NCBI GenBank assembly: GCA_905178155.1
Contig: CAJINV010000004.1
Span: 8,988,417-9,052,416 of the forward strand
DNA length: 64,000 bases
Reading direction: 5' to 3'
DNA from: Amoebophrya sp. A120
Lineage: Eukaryota > Protista > Dinoflagellata
A program made the translations under genes and the position numbers. Below the pieces are notes generated by a model that searched no databases, was not told the DNA's origin, and worked only from the letters and a program-made list of their open reading frames with translations. Of this stretch, positions 1 to 11,717 are shown in pieces. The stretch's first letter is position 1. The number at the start of each line of letters is the position of its first letter.

Positions 1-299
1 TAAAAGAGAACGAATGGAAGGAGCAACTGGTGATCAAGGTGCTGCTGAAAGAGTTCGGAAATGCGCGAGTGGAAAAGTATCGCACTGTTGTGCGATATTT
101 GTACGCAAAAGCAGCCGCCGCGGCTCTAAACGTCAATACTGCATCTCCTTCCATTGACGGAAAAGGGGAGGACGCCTGGAAGGACGGCCTGAAAGCGTTT
201 GATCTGATCTGGAAGGTTGCGGACGAGATTCGGAACAAGAAACTTCCAGTGACCAGCGGCCCGTCCAGCAGCAGTAGCAGCAGCAGTGCTAAGACGTGA
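1..299 (+). CDS. 3' end of paralogue a of the local SAP-like helical-domain gene family (5'-truncated by window)
   Basis: Open frame ...KENEWKEQLVIKVLLKEF...SSAKT*; the VIKVLLKEF helix resembles the C-terminal domain of the neighbours (ARLLKHEF, ARILRNAF). Confidence 0.5.
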   Translation, partial: KENEWKEQLVIKVLLKEFGNARVEKYRTVVRYLYAKAAAAALNVNTASPSIDGKGEDAWKDGLKAFDLIWKVADEIRNKKLPVTSGPSSSSSSSSAKT

Positions 300-1079
300 G
301 GAGATATTGGCTCTACAACTATGATTCAAAGAACTTCCATCTCATGGCTTTTGCCGTTCCGAATCGCTTTGCTCATCACATCGTGGATCCGTTAAAGGTG
401 GACGTAGCGTACCTAGCAGATAGACTGAAAAATAGCTGCGGCTGCACTGAAGACTCTTCAAGTAGAGAGTCGTGATTTCTTCCTATTCCACTACCCTTTT
501 ACCGCCTGACGGGTTCTGGCTTGATCCATGACAAGCGGACGATCTCTCAAATGATATGAACATAGTGGAAGACCACCCATTGCGCCCTGCTCCAGATCCG
601 GCGAATAATGTGTATCACCTCGACATTCGTCGCGCAGCATATTTAGATCCACCTCTTCGTTGAAGTACGGCTTGTTTTCACAGGATGGTCGACAGCAGGA
701 ATTTCAGGAGCAATGCGGCTGGTTCGGGTGCTCCCGCAGCCCTCATAGTGCATCCATTTTGCCCGCGCAATGATTTCCACTGAAACTTCTGGTACAGAAA
801 ATCAGTGAGAAAAAGTATCGCCTGATACTCAGCCTCAGGTGTCACTTTATATATTTACACACAACAATTAAGGCTCGCTACATGTCTCCTCGTATACGTA
901 CACTACTTAGATGAGATTGGAATGTCCCCTGACCCTTCTCGCCACACCAACTTCACGTGAGCTGTTATCGGTCGATTCTTTTTTCTTTCTCTTTTCTCGA
1001 GTCAATTGTTTCGTCTTGCTTGACAAATTCCAACTGCTTTAAGATTGTAAGTACGTGGCAAGAGCAAATAAACGAAAAA

Positions 1080-2610
1080 ATGAGCGTGGATTCGATGATA
1101 TGGATCACACTGGCCCCGGTCACCGAAAACGCTAAAGCCCCAGCGGAAACTTGGGAAACCTGGACAGATGACCACTTTTATGATACTTTCAAGATAAATG
1201 CGTCGCTCGCTGCGTTTTCGGCATGAAAGCGAATTGCGCAACTCCCCATGGCAAGATCTCTATGAAACTTGTACTTGCGACGATTTGTATTGACGACAAG
1301 CAGCAAGGGGATCAATCCTGAGTTTGATGCCATGCATGACATGATGCCCCGATCATGCCGAGCACGGCGGTAGCAGGCAGGAGAATTTTGGGTGCTCAGA
1401 AGCACGAATGATTCTTGCTGTCGGTTCACTTGGTGTTGTTCATTCCAGACCTAGCAGCAGTGCGACAGCGTTTTTGTTAAGTACTGATACATGGGAAGCA
1501 GAGCAGGGTATTCATTCGTTTGCGGATGGCGAAGAGCCACCAAGATACCAGCGCGATTTGAATCGGCCACGGTGCGCTGTCGTGCGGTGTCGAGATGCGG
1601 ACGAGAAAGACCGGCTGCTTCGTACCTTGAGGAATCCGCGTTGCAGGTTACTTGCGTCGAAGCGCTGCACTGCGACCGACTACAAGGAGCGGCCCGTGAG
1701 TGATGAGGAGAATCATGGAGGGGGCGGCGCGACAGGTAGCTCCGCGGCATCGTCGTCGCGCGGCGCCAAAACGAAACGGGAGGCCGCAGCGGAAGCCGGG
1801 GGTTCGGGCGACACAAAGAAAAGCAAGAAGGCACCGAAAGCGGACAAAAACGTGGCTGGTCAGGTAGAGGATGCGGTCGTGCAGGAGGGGAAGGAGAAGG
1901 CTAGCAGCAGCTCTAGTAGAAAGGCAGGGGAAGAGCTGCCCGAAAACGAGAAGATGAATAAAGGCGAGCATGGTACTGCATTTCTTTTGTTTAGGAGCCT
2001 ATGACAGGTGCTTGTATGTGGTGGGGCAAATAAAGTATCATTCCCCGAACCTGACTTTGAGTTTTCACGTTGAATCCGAAATGATGACGTTCATGTGGTT
2101 GGTAAACAACAACTCGTAGTAGCGATCTCTCTGTAAAAAGATCTTCGTCTTGCAACGGTTCCACAAAAATTTCTTTCAAACATACAAGGTGAAGGTTCGC
2201 AAAAGTCCGTACCTCTGCAGAGCGTCGACTCGTTATTGGACCTGAGTCAAAAGCACGCGAAGGTAAAGCTGGCGGAGTTGTTGGGTGTCGATGTTGGCAA
2301 CCTCAAGCTGGAAGGATGGGACAGGCGCGAGGAGCTAATCATCGCCAGGATCCTGCGGAACGCGTTCCCCGCCTCCGATGCCCCCGTCATCAAGCAGCGC
2401 ATATCGGAAAGGTCAGAGGAGGAGCTCCGAAAGGTCTCGAGCCTCATTGGGCAGCTCGACGACCTGGCAGCAGAGTCGCCGGAAGCGGACCGGGTCCGCG
2501 AGGAGTGCGAGAAGGTGCGGCAGAATGTGGAAAAATTTCTGCGGGTGCGGGGGCGCTACGCGGAGAAAGAAGGCAAAGCAGATTTGGTACAGGGCAGCGC
2601 AGAACAGTAA
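1080..2610 (+). pseudogene. Paralogue b (RRM-like remnant, K/S-rich linker, SAP-like C-terminal domain); 5' part has in-frame stops
   Basis: ATG 1080 frame hits TGA at 1224. ORF 1408-2004 joins via a GT-AG intron (~1972-2189) to SVDSLLDLSQKHAKVKLAELLGV...ARILRNAF (ends 2610). Could be an intact gene with unrecognised 5' introns. Confidence 0.4.
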
Positions 2611-3409
2611 ATGCCATTGGTTTATACTTGGATCTGCTAGAAGTGGATGTTGCAGCGAGCGCGCCGCTGCTGATCGAGGGAATTATTGGCACCAGGGACG
2701 AGCATGCAGAAAATGGGGTCTGTGCCTGCAAGAATGCTGCGGCTTTTTTCACCAAAGTAGAAGCGACACTCCTCGAGCTGGTTCCTGTGTCGATGTGAAC
2801 TTTTTCTTGTCTCGCCGATTTTACCGATGCCGCAACTTGTGGTTTCTAACTCAGCTGAACTTAGCTGGCTGCTGATCCACTTGAGCTCTTTTCACCCTCC
2901 ATGCAATTGCGTAGAAAAACGAGGAGATCCCATTTTCATATTCATCACAACTTGTCTTTCGAGAGACGTCCTTTTGTTCGAGGACAGCACACACCCAGGT
3001 CAATATGGTAGACGTTTTTTTTCCGCTTTCGCTTTTTTCAGTCTTCGTTTGCTGCAATTCATGCTGCGAACTACTTAGTGCGATTTCCATTTTTCGCTTG
3101 AATCTGCATGAAAGCTTCTGGATCTTATCAGGACTTGTTAGATTGGCTTTATTTGTTGATGTTGCGATTTGACTTTATATTTCTTTTTCTGTAGGGTATG
3201 TCTATGTTCTATGTAGGCGAACAACTTGAATTTGAGACATTCACAACCGCTTGCTTTGCGGACAATTGAAGTTCTGGTTCTGGAACACTCTTAAGTTCAG
3301 TACGTATTAGCATCGTATCGAGTTTTTGTCGTTTTTGTCCATCTCAAATAGCGTGTCGCTTAGCCACCTCACTGAAGCTGGCGAGGTAGTTCTTCGAAAG
3401 ACACTGAAG

Positions 3410-6400
3410 ATGAGCGTCACAAGAAAAGAGTCTAATTCTCCTCCTTCCACCAGGGAAAGGCAAATCCTGGAATTTTGGGTTCCGGAAAGCGAAGGTGATC
3501 AGACGCAGGTGACTTTGTATACGGCCTCAAAATCTGAGTGCAGATACCGGGCTCGGACAACCAGGCAAGACGAACTGCCAGTCGGGGCTCGGACGCTCGA
3601 GGAGATGGTTAAATTAGCGGAAAACTCGATCGAGGCGTTCAGCCGCGCGACAGCAGACCTGAGGCTGGAAAGCGGGCGCGATGGCGCACAGCATGCGGGA
3701 GATACGGCGGACGATGCGTTGCAGTTGCTGGAGTATGTGATCCAAGCAGAAATTGCTTGGGAAGCAAACGGGGAAATAAGGAAGTGTATGATTACTCAAC
3801 ACTACCGCGAGCGAGTTTCCGCTGCACGCGAGGGCTTCAATGCTGCGGTACAGGAATTCACGAGAGTATGAAAGTGCACAACTCCCCCTTCCCCTCATTT
3901 GTCATGCAAAATAGAAATACCCAATCCAGATCCACCCTTTGCCTCTTTGCACTGTTTGCATCACAAGTTCTGGTAGCCCAAATAGCACTACAACCCTGTG
4001 CAAATTTGTCATGCAAAACCGGCATGCTTGCTGATGCTTGTACTGCCGTTCATGCTATACAAATGAGGGGAAGGGGGGGCTGTGCATTGTTATAGAGAGC
4101 CAAGGAAGACCAAGACGCCCGGAATAACCCCATTGTTGGCCGGGCGAGAGCATCAAGAGCGAGTTCTTCGGGTTACTCCCTTTCATCCGACAATAGAGAA
4201 GCTGCGAAGGTCCAGGGGGCCGCGTATGGTCCGGAGTCGAAAATAAACGGCCTCGCGCCGTCGAGCTCGTCTACATTTCGAAGAACAAGGACAGAGCGTG
4301 GTCGAGACCGTAGAGGAAGAAGTGCAGACTCGGATGGAAATAAAGTAGCGACCAGCTCGTGGGATAGGAAAACAGCCGATGATCGAGATAGGAAAACAGC
4401 CGACCGAGGTGAAGGAGGGCGCGAGCGAGATCGAAGGAGCAGTGGGAGATCACGCAGTGCCCGACGCAGAAAGCGAAGTAGCAGAGCGCGCAGTAGACGC
4501 GCCTCCAAGTCGAAGACCGATCGAAAAGCCGCATCACGGTCACGGTCACGGGATCGAGCGGTGTGGAAGCGGTCGGTCGAGGCCCCTCAACAGGGGACTG
4601 GGTTGCTGACGGGAGCGGATGGGAGTGGTAAGTGTATTTTACTTTCTACCTTTTTTGTCGAGTAGCGATGGAGATAAAGCAAAAACGTCATCCAGTTTTA
4701 GAAAACTCGCTGGGACATCTTTTGATCCTCCTCTACATGATTATTACAGGTGCACCAAAAGCAAAACAACTTTCTTCTTCATCAAGTTCGTTGCGGCGTT
4801 CGTACAACACGTCAGCCAAGAAAAGCGAACGGTTTTTGTCGGAGGCGGAACAGGAGCGTGCAGTCTTCATCAACTGGCCCATGCATTACGAGCACGCCGC
4901 CGTCTCACCCGCGGCGGAGGCCGATCACGACTGTATTCGGGAGGAGCTGTTTCGCCGGGTCGGAGGAGAGCATCGCGTCGTAGACTACTATTGCCAGGAC
5001 GAGCACGCTGTGGTTGCGGTGTTCGCTGACGCAGCGGACGTGGAAAAAGTACTTGAGGCGTCGCAGCGCCTGAGTTTATTGGATCCAGAGTACCAGGCCG
5101 ACGCTTTTTCTTACAACCGTGATCGAGCCGCGTCTTCTGCACCTGTTCCGAAGCACGATGCTGGGGCACGGCAATCTGGCTCGTCCGTTCAGCAAGCCGC
5201 TGGAGCTGTTTCCGTTTCATCTGGTTGTGACGTGAAGGAGAAGGAAAAGGAGCAGGACGAGCAGGAGAAAGCAAGAGCAACCGGCAGCAGCAGTGCGCTA
5301 GTAGGAGCCTCTGCCTCCCAGCTAGTTGCCAGAGGCGCTGCCGCGGGAGCCAGTAGCAAAGGCGAAGCTGAAGAAGAGCCACTGGCAAAGCGCAAGAAGA
5401 CCGCTGAGAAGAAAGGCGGAGCCCTAGTAACCAAACGGAATAAGGCAGCTGGGGCGGGGCCTGCGAGTGGAAAAAACGAAGAAAACAACCCGTCCTCCTC
5501 GGCTTTAGGGCGTAGCAAAAGCAAATCGACGCGGGCGGGCGCTTCGTCGTCAGGCAGCGGCGTGCTATGTATAGTGATACAACTCTATGTAATACTAATT
5601 TCTTCTGCAGTAATTATAGAGGCCTTGAGCTACTAGTATTACAAATGCGGATTTCATCTCCTCCTCGTGGCAAGATCTGCATAATATAAAATGAACCAAA
5701 AATTATGTCTCGAAAACGAATAGGCGCCGGCGCGGCATCGAGGCAGACGGGTACGTTAACGGAAGACCTGGCGCAGCAAGTACGGTTGAAAGTTGAGGAA
5801 TTCGTTTTCACCGTTGGCGTAAAGAAGTTGAAAGCCATATAACCTGCTCAGGTGTTACAATCTGAAGCGTTGCAATAGAATATGGAATTTGTGTTGCAAA
5901 ATCCGCAACATCTGGCCTACCCCCAAAGGAGCGCGCATGACAAGTTTCGGAGCCCCAAACCCCATGAGATTCTGACGAAATTTGTATTGCGAAAAGCCCA
6001 AGTCTCTGTATTGTAAAGAGGCTGTTCATGCAAGACAAATTCCAGATTGTATTGTAACGTTTGAGATTGTAACATCTGAGCAAGCCATAAGCCAAGTGTG
6101 CGGAGCTGGGCGTTCGATTGCCGGAACGCACGTCACTTTTACGCGTGCGCTATCAAAATGAAAAATCCCCCGTCCCCATATTAAAACGGAAATTTGTGAT
6201 GCTGATTTGTGGTCAAACATCGTCTTTGTCTTGCATATAGGGTCATAGGAGCCATTTTACGCATTCCAGAGCAAATCTGTCATGCGCTTTCGATATCAAA
6301 TGCAAAAATGTCTGGGTCTGGAAGAATGCAACTTGTAATGCGTATTTCAGAACACAGAAAAGTCTCTCATGCATACGTAGCAAAAGCAGCCACTTTTTGT

Positions 6401-7025
6401 CAGCAAAATAGGGGACTTGTCATGCGGATTCGGCATTGCGGAAGGTTCTCGAAACCTGTGATGCTAGAGCTTCCATGCCAGACCTTCTGTGTCATGCAAA
6501 AACAGCATGAATCTTCCTTTCCAGACCCAGACATTTTTACATTTGATATTCGACTATTGCGAACCTGTACCTGTTTGCCATGCGCAATTGCTAGCCTTCT
6601 GCATACCCAAACAGGCCAAGAAAATGCACCCACGCACCTTCTGCAAGACAGATCTGATTTGTGTACGCAAATCCAGCATCAGAAACTTCGTTTCGATATG
6701 GGGAGGGGGGACTTTTCCTCTCAATATGCGCGCGTACGCGCTGCAGAAATGGAGTAAAACCTTGAAGACAACTGATCGGCCATCTCTACTCACGCTCGAC
6801 GAGTTGCGTCGGCGAATCATGGAGATTGGGAAAACCTTGATTGGGCGTCTAAGTGACCTCGAGGCACTTGAGGAGGCGGGGGCAGAAGATGCGCGGCTGG
6901 AAACTGCCCGCGCGGAGTTGAAGGCGGTGTGGGAAAAATTTGATACCATTAAAAAGGTGACGGATTCATACATCGAGGCAGAAAATCTGCCCAGAGAGGA
7001 GAACGAGGAGGGTTCTCAAAACTGA
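3410..7025 (+). CDS. Paralogue c: helical N-terminus, RS/RD-rich region, RRM-like domain, SAP-like C-terminal domain
   Basis: Frame restored by removing introners 3867-4094, 5838-6089, 6151-6726, a GT-AG intron 4628-4749 and a probable GC-AG intron ~5560-5723. Joins read EFTRAKEDQD, KKLKAKCAELGV, LLRVRAYALQKW. Confidence 0.65.
3867..4094. mobile_element. Introner, family F
   Basis: TIR TATGAAAGTGCACAACTCCCCCTTCCCCTCATTTGT; 5-bp direct repeat GAGAG; excision restores frame. Confidence 0.9.
5838..6089. mobile_element. Introner, family E
   Basis: TIR TATAACCTGCTCAGGTGTTACAATCT; repeat AGCCA. Confidence 0.9.
6151..6726. mobile_element. Introner, family D, carrying a nested family A copy
   Basis: TIR TATCAAAATGAAAAATCCCCC..CCCCATA; repeat TGCGC. 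Confidence 0.9.
6294..6548. mobile_element. Introner, family A, nested in the family D copy
   Basis: TIR TATCAAATGCAAAAATGTCTGGGTCTGGAA; repeat TTCGA. Confidence 0.9.
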
Positions 7026-7632
7026 AAAACTTTTGTACAACTACTGCAGGAAAAGGGAGCAACAAGAACGTAAGCACGCTTGTGTACAACTGGTCGCGAC
7101 TCATCATGAAAAGTGTGAAGCTCCCCCTGACCGCTCGGACTCGCGCCCCTGCGGCCTTTAATTTCGCAGCGAGCAACCAAGTAGCACTAGCCGGCGTGGC
7201 GCGGATTATCGATCCCGCAGTAATTCAAACGTGCACACGCGGCCAGGCTAATTTTCGTCTTCAGTTCGTTGGATGCTTTGCACTACTACCACAAAGTGGC
7301 AATTTTTGTCCTTATAATTTTTTTTTTGAAGAATGGTAAATGTCAGGCTACGCATGCAAAGTATGACTTTCTTCGGCAACAAGCAATAAAGTATGATTTT
7401 CTTCGGCACCGAGGCGCACAACTAAACCGGTATACAGTGGCAGTCAGGCCGACCTAAGTCACAGCCGAGCGAGGACCACGCCCTGACTACGGGAAAAAAT
7501 AGAAAGAAATTTTTTGTATTTCCAATTCCGACTTAGCGCAGCACAAGACGAATTTAGACTTGTTACCTAATAGCATTAGCATTTTCTTTGTTTTCGTAGA
7601 AACACAGCAGTAGAAACACAGCATCTGTCATA

Positions 7633-10600
7633 ATGAGTGTCCGTTCCCAAGAAGGGCCTCCGAATGGTGTGGGGGATGGGAGTAGGGAGGACGACGAGGG
7701 GCATGAATCTGAGGACCCCGACTCATGTCAAGAACATACAGAGGACGATCCGGAGGCGGAAAGCAGGTACCTCCAACTGTATATAAAGATTCCGGACGTC
7801 GAGCCCGAGCTGCAGGAAAAATACGCCGCGCCCTTCAATGCCGGCAGCCGCGCCGAAACCGCTTGGCAAGAGTTGTACGACGACGCCTCTTACCAGGTGC
7901 AAAAGTGTCTGGCTCTGGAAGATTGCCAGGTTTGTCATGCATTTTTCGCATAACCTTTACCTTAACCCGTGAAGATGCCTGTAATGCATGACCTAGCATC
8001 ACAGATTTTCAAAGGGCCTTCTGATGCGTATTCCGCATGAGAAACGCCCCCTCCGTGTAGCACAAACTGAACTCCTCTTGCTGGCCATGCGATACAGATT
8101 ACAGTGGTTGAGGGGTAAAAAAGGTCATGCAATACAGATTTTTTTTACCTTCCAAACGTATTATTGTCACAAATTGCAACCTTCCAGACCCAGACAGTTT
8201 TGCATTTGATACCTCTGAGGAATTGGACAGATTGCTGGGCGAGGAAAGCGGTCTCGAATCTATCTACAAAGGCACCCGTCTATCCTGTGCAAAAGTATCG
8301 CACTCGTAGTAATTGCAATTATGCATGACAAATCTCTTTCTCAACGTAAATTAGCACTACAAATTGAATTTGTAATGCTGGGCTAATTTGTAATGCAGTT
8401 TATACTAGTACGACTACAATACTTTCGCAATGCATACCGTCGGGCCCCCGAGGTGGTGGAGGCGTTCACGAAGGATGAGAAGGGCCGCGACTTCCTGGCA
8501 GCCGCGCTGCGGAGGCGTCCCGCCGCCCTATACCTAGGCGAAAAAGTGAAGGCCACCGTCCACGCCCTGCCGCTGGATTTTGACGCGCTTGAGCCGCTGC
8601 GGCGTTGCGGGTACGCTGCTGACGACAGTGAGTCCGCGGTCTCCACCCTCGAGCGCGCCGTGCTACGCGGCAGCTCCTCCTCCTCGTCTTCTTTATCGCG
8701 CGACGCCGGCGCGTTCCCGGAAGATGACGGCGGCCGAGAGGCACTTGGCTGCCTCGCCCGGGCTGCCGAAGAGCAGCTGCAGGCGTTCCGCGAGGCGTTA
8801 GAGCAGTGCGCACAGCAATTCGGTGCGCCGGGTGCGACAGATTTCCTACCCTCATTTGCCGCGAAGATGGAAGAGAGAGTGCTGGAAATGCAAGAAGAAA
8901 TTGCAATCCACGAGTCCCGGACCAAGCACGCTCTATCCCAGGTCCCGAAGGTGGAGCCCCCGCCGGGCGACGCAGGTAAGCGGTCAGCGTGGCTTTTGTT
9001 AGAGATTCGCCGCGCTCCCTACTTAAGTAGCGACTTTAATACTTCGTATTGCTTCAGCATACCAGATCCTTCCCACTTCGTTCATTCCCCGGGTCGCATG
9101 CTTTGATATCGGAAACAAAAAAAGAATGAGAAAGAGATAAAAGGAGCAACTCATCTAACAGCGCAGTGTCGTACAGCCGCAGCTAGGAGCATATAAAAGC
9201 ATTCAATTTGATGATCACAGGTCGCACCTCAAGTTCCAAGTTAGCTCCGCGAGGCGGGAGAGAGCAGTCGGACGATGAAGTAGAAAAACGAGCTGCTCGT
9301 TCGGAACAGCAAACGGGTCGTGATGAAGAGCGGAAGACGACGAAGAATATTACCGTGAGTGCTCCTATCGCCGCTCCGGCCACAAGAGGGACGTCCATCA
9401 GCAACGCCAACAAGCCAACTACCTCTACTTCCAAACAGGCGGCGCTACCAGAGTCTTCACCAGCAAACCGCCTCAACAGCGGTCTTCCGCTGGCAGGGTC
9501 ATCTACTTCAGGCACAATTCTTGCGGGGGCTTCCTCTACCCGACCGATGAAGCGACATCAAGCGCTTGGTGAGAGTGGGAGTGGAGCGGAAATGATCGCA
9601 GTAGACGAATTTGACGCACCAGCTTCCAAAACGAAAAAGTCCAGGCGTGTGGACGGGCAGGAAGATAAAGACCCTCTGCCGAAGGAGCTCTCGACGAAGC
9701 TTCCAGAAGATGAAAACAGAGCCACCTCCGCCTTGAGTTCGACAGTATTGGAAAAGAAGAAAAAGGACGCGGAAAAAGAAAAACAAGCCAGCTCAAGAAG
9801 TAGTGCAGCTACAAGAACAGGTTTGCGTTGTATAATTTGCGTCTTTTGCTGCAACATGAGTGCTTGTTCATCGACTATAGGTTTTCTGTTGTCGGAGTCG
9901 GTGTAAGTAAGTATCTACATCTAGTGCTCAACATGCCACAGAAAAAGAGACGCGGAACCGCAAAGTTCAAAATGCGCTTAATTTGCGAATTGATGTTTTT
10001 ACACCAGGTCCTCACGATCATGCCCTCGATCGTCCGACGGGAGCCACAAGCAACTCTCGAGGAGGAGATCACGACGACAAACCCCCGCCCCGAAGACCCG
10101 CGGCGCTCTCGAACGACTGCAAATCCAAGGTCGAAGAGGTGCTCATGTTGTCCAGCAACGAAGCGAGAGAACGTTGCGCGAAACATGCCGTGGAGATTGT
10201 TTTTGGAGAGCGCACGGAGATATGTATGGCCCGCCTTCTGAAGCACGAGTTTTCATCCTCGAAGCCCAAAGAAGGCGCTATGAAATGCAAATATGTCTGG
10301 GTCTGGAGGAATGCAAGACGTGTCATGCAGATTTTCATTTTCCATGCCACATCCACATGAAGTTTGGAATGCAGGACTTAGAGTGACAGGGTCTTCGACG
10401 TCTCTATCATGCCTATCCTGCATGACAAACTGCCTCTAAACTTGTTCAAAAGTGTACAGCTTTTGGTAGTCATGCACCACAAATTTTTGTACGATCCAGA
10501 CTTAGCAATAGCATGAAAAGTTCGCGTCCTCCCAAGACCCAGACATATTTGCAATGCATAAGCGCGAAGCAAGTGCAACAACCTCCGCGGGTTCACAGCT

Positions 10601-10890
10601 ACCTTCTGCAGCGGGCGCGAGCTATGGTGCATCAGGAGCTGCGGGCGAGAAACGGTGGCCCGCCGACCGATTCGGCGCCCGCGGCCGCCCTCGATCCGAA
10701 GGCCTACGCAGAGCGGGTTCGCAATGCCGGATCCTTCGAAAAGAAGGCGGCTCAGTGGAAGCTGGTCTACGATTCTTTGTGCAGCCTCGATAGCCCGGAG
10801 GCTGGTGCTTCTCGCAGGAGCACAACAAAGGCGAAGCCTTTAGGCCTTCAAGGCGCCGGTGACCAAAGCACGAATAAAGCTGGAGGCTAG
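7633..10890 (+). CDS. Paralogue d: N-terminal domain shared with paralogue f, coiled coil, S/K-rich linker, SAP-like C-terminal domain
   Basis: Introners 7891-8211, 8281-8436, 10279-10560 and GT-AG introns 8976-9220, 9821-10007 give one frame (DDASEELDRLL, GTRRAPEVV, KEGAKQVQQ). Confidence 0.7.
7891..8211. mobile_element. Introner, family A
   Basis: TACCAGGTGCAAAAGTGTCTGG...CCAGACCCAGACAGTTTTGCATTTGATA; repeat CCTCT. Confidence 0.9.
8281..8436. mobile_element. Introner, family B
   Basis: TIR TATCCTGTGCAAAAGTATCGCACTCGTA; repeat CCGTC. Confidence 0.9.
10279..10560. mobile_element. Introner, family A
   Basis: Family A TIRs; repeat GGCGC/AGCGC. Confidence 0.88.
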
Positions 10891-11717
10891 CGGAGATGTT
10901 CCGGCTTGCGCATCTTGTTCTGTCGTGGCCTTATTTTCATCCTGACCGGCGCAGCCGCTGCAAGATCTTTGGAAAGTGTGAAGAGCTGTAGTGTCAGAAA
11001 GACAACAGGAACAGGATGAAAAAGGTCAATATCCCGCCACTGATTCAGATTTTAGTGGTGGGTGGCCGCAAGGATCATTGGATGGGGTTCTGCTTGAATC
11101 AAAGAAGGTTTAGGCTACATCTTCATATTGCGACGCGTTGTAATAAGTTGGGCATTTCAGGCACCACTGCTTTTGTCCGTTAAGTGTCCAACATTTCAAT
11201 TCCAGGCTTGAGTTTGTTTTCTAACGAAGCTCTGATGTTCATGTTGCAGCTAATGCAAATTATGTTCGTTCTCGCATCATGCCATGGCATGCTTTGTTTT
11301 TGGTCCTGAAAATGTAGAAAGGTGAGTGCTTGCTCGAATGCAACTGGTTTCTGCGTGCGCGGCGTATCAGACTTATTCTTGCCTATAATCTTCTGCCGAC
11401 AGTGGACAGGAATGAACCCGCAGGAGGAGCTTAGCTGCTACACGTTTATGGTGCTACGTCAAGATGCCGACGTTACAAACATAGACATACAAAGCACATA
11501 ACTTGTACACAAAATCGATTTAAACATTGTTTGCGTTCTGATTACAAGGTCTTTATTCGAATTCCCGCACTGTGACGAGCTCGAGAACTAGGTGTAGAAG
11601 ATATCATACAAATACAATTTTCTTCTGTCGTGTGACTTGTTTTTGCTTCAGCTTAAGTTAAAAAATAAAAATGCCGTGACACAGTAGAAACCGATCTGCG
11701 TCTTTCTAGGTTCAAAA

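Noticed and set aside
3867-4094. TA target duplication (Tc1/mariner or Paramecium IES type) for the elements
   Set aside because: Leaving one TA breaks the frame; only element plus one 5-bp repeat restores it, so TA belongs to the element ends.
6209-6757. Many ORF-track peptides with CKNVWVWK, QICLGLE, AKMSGSG, CKSIVLV motifs as a protein family
   Set aside because: These are chance translations of introner TIRs in different frames.
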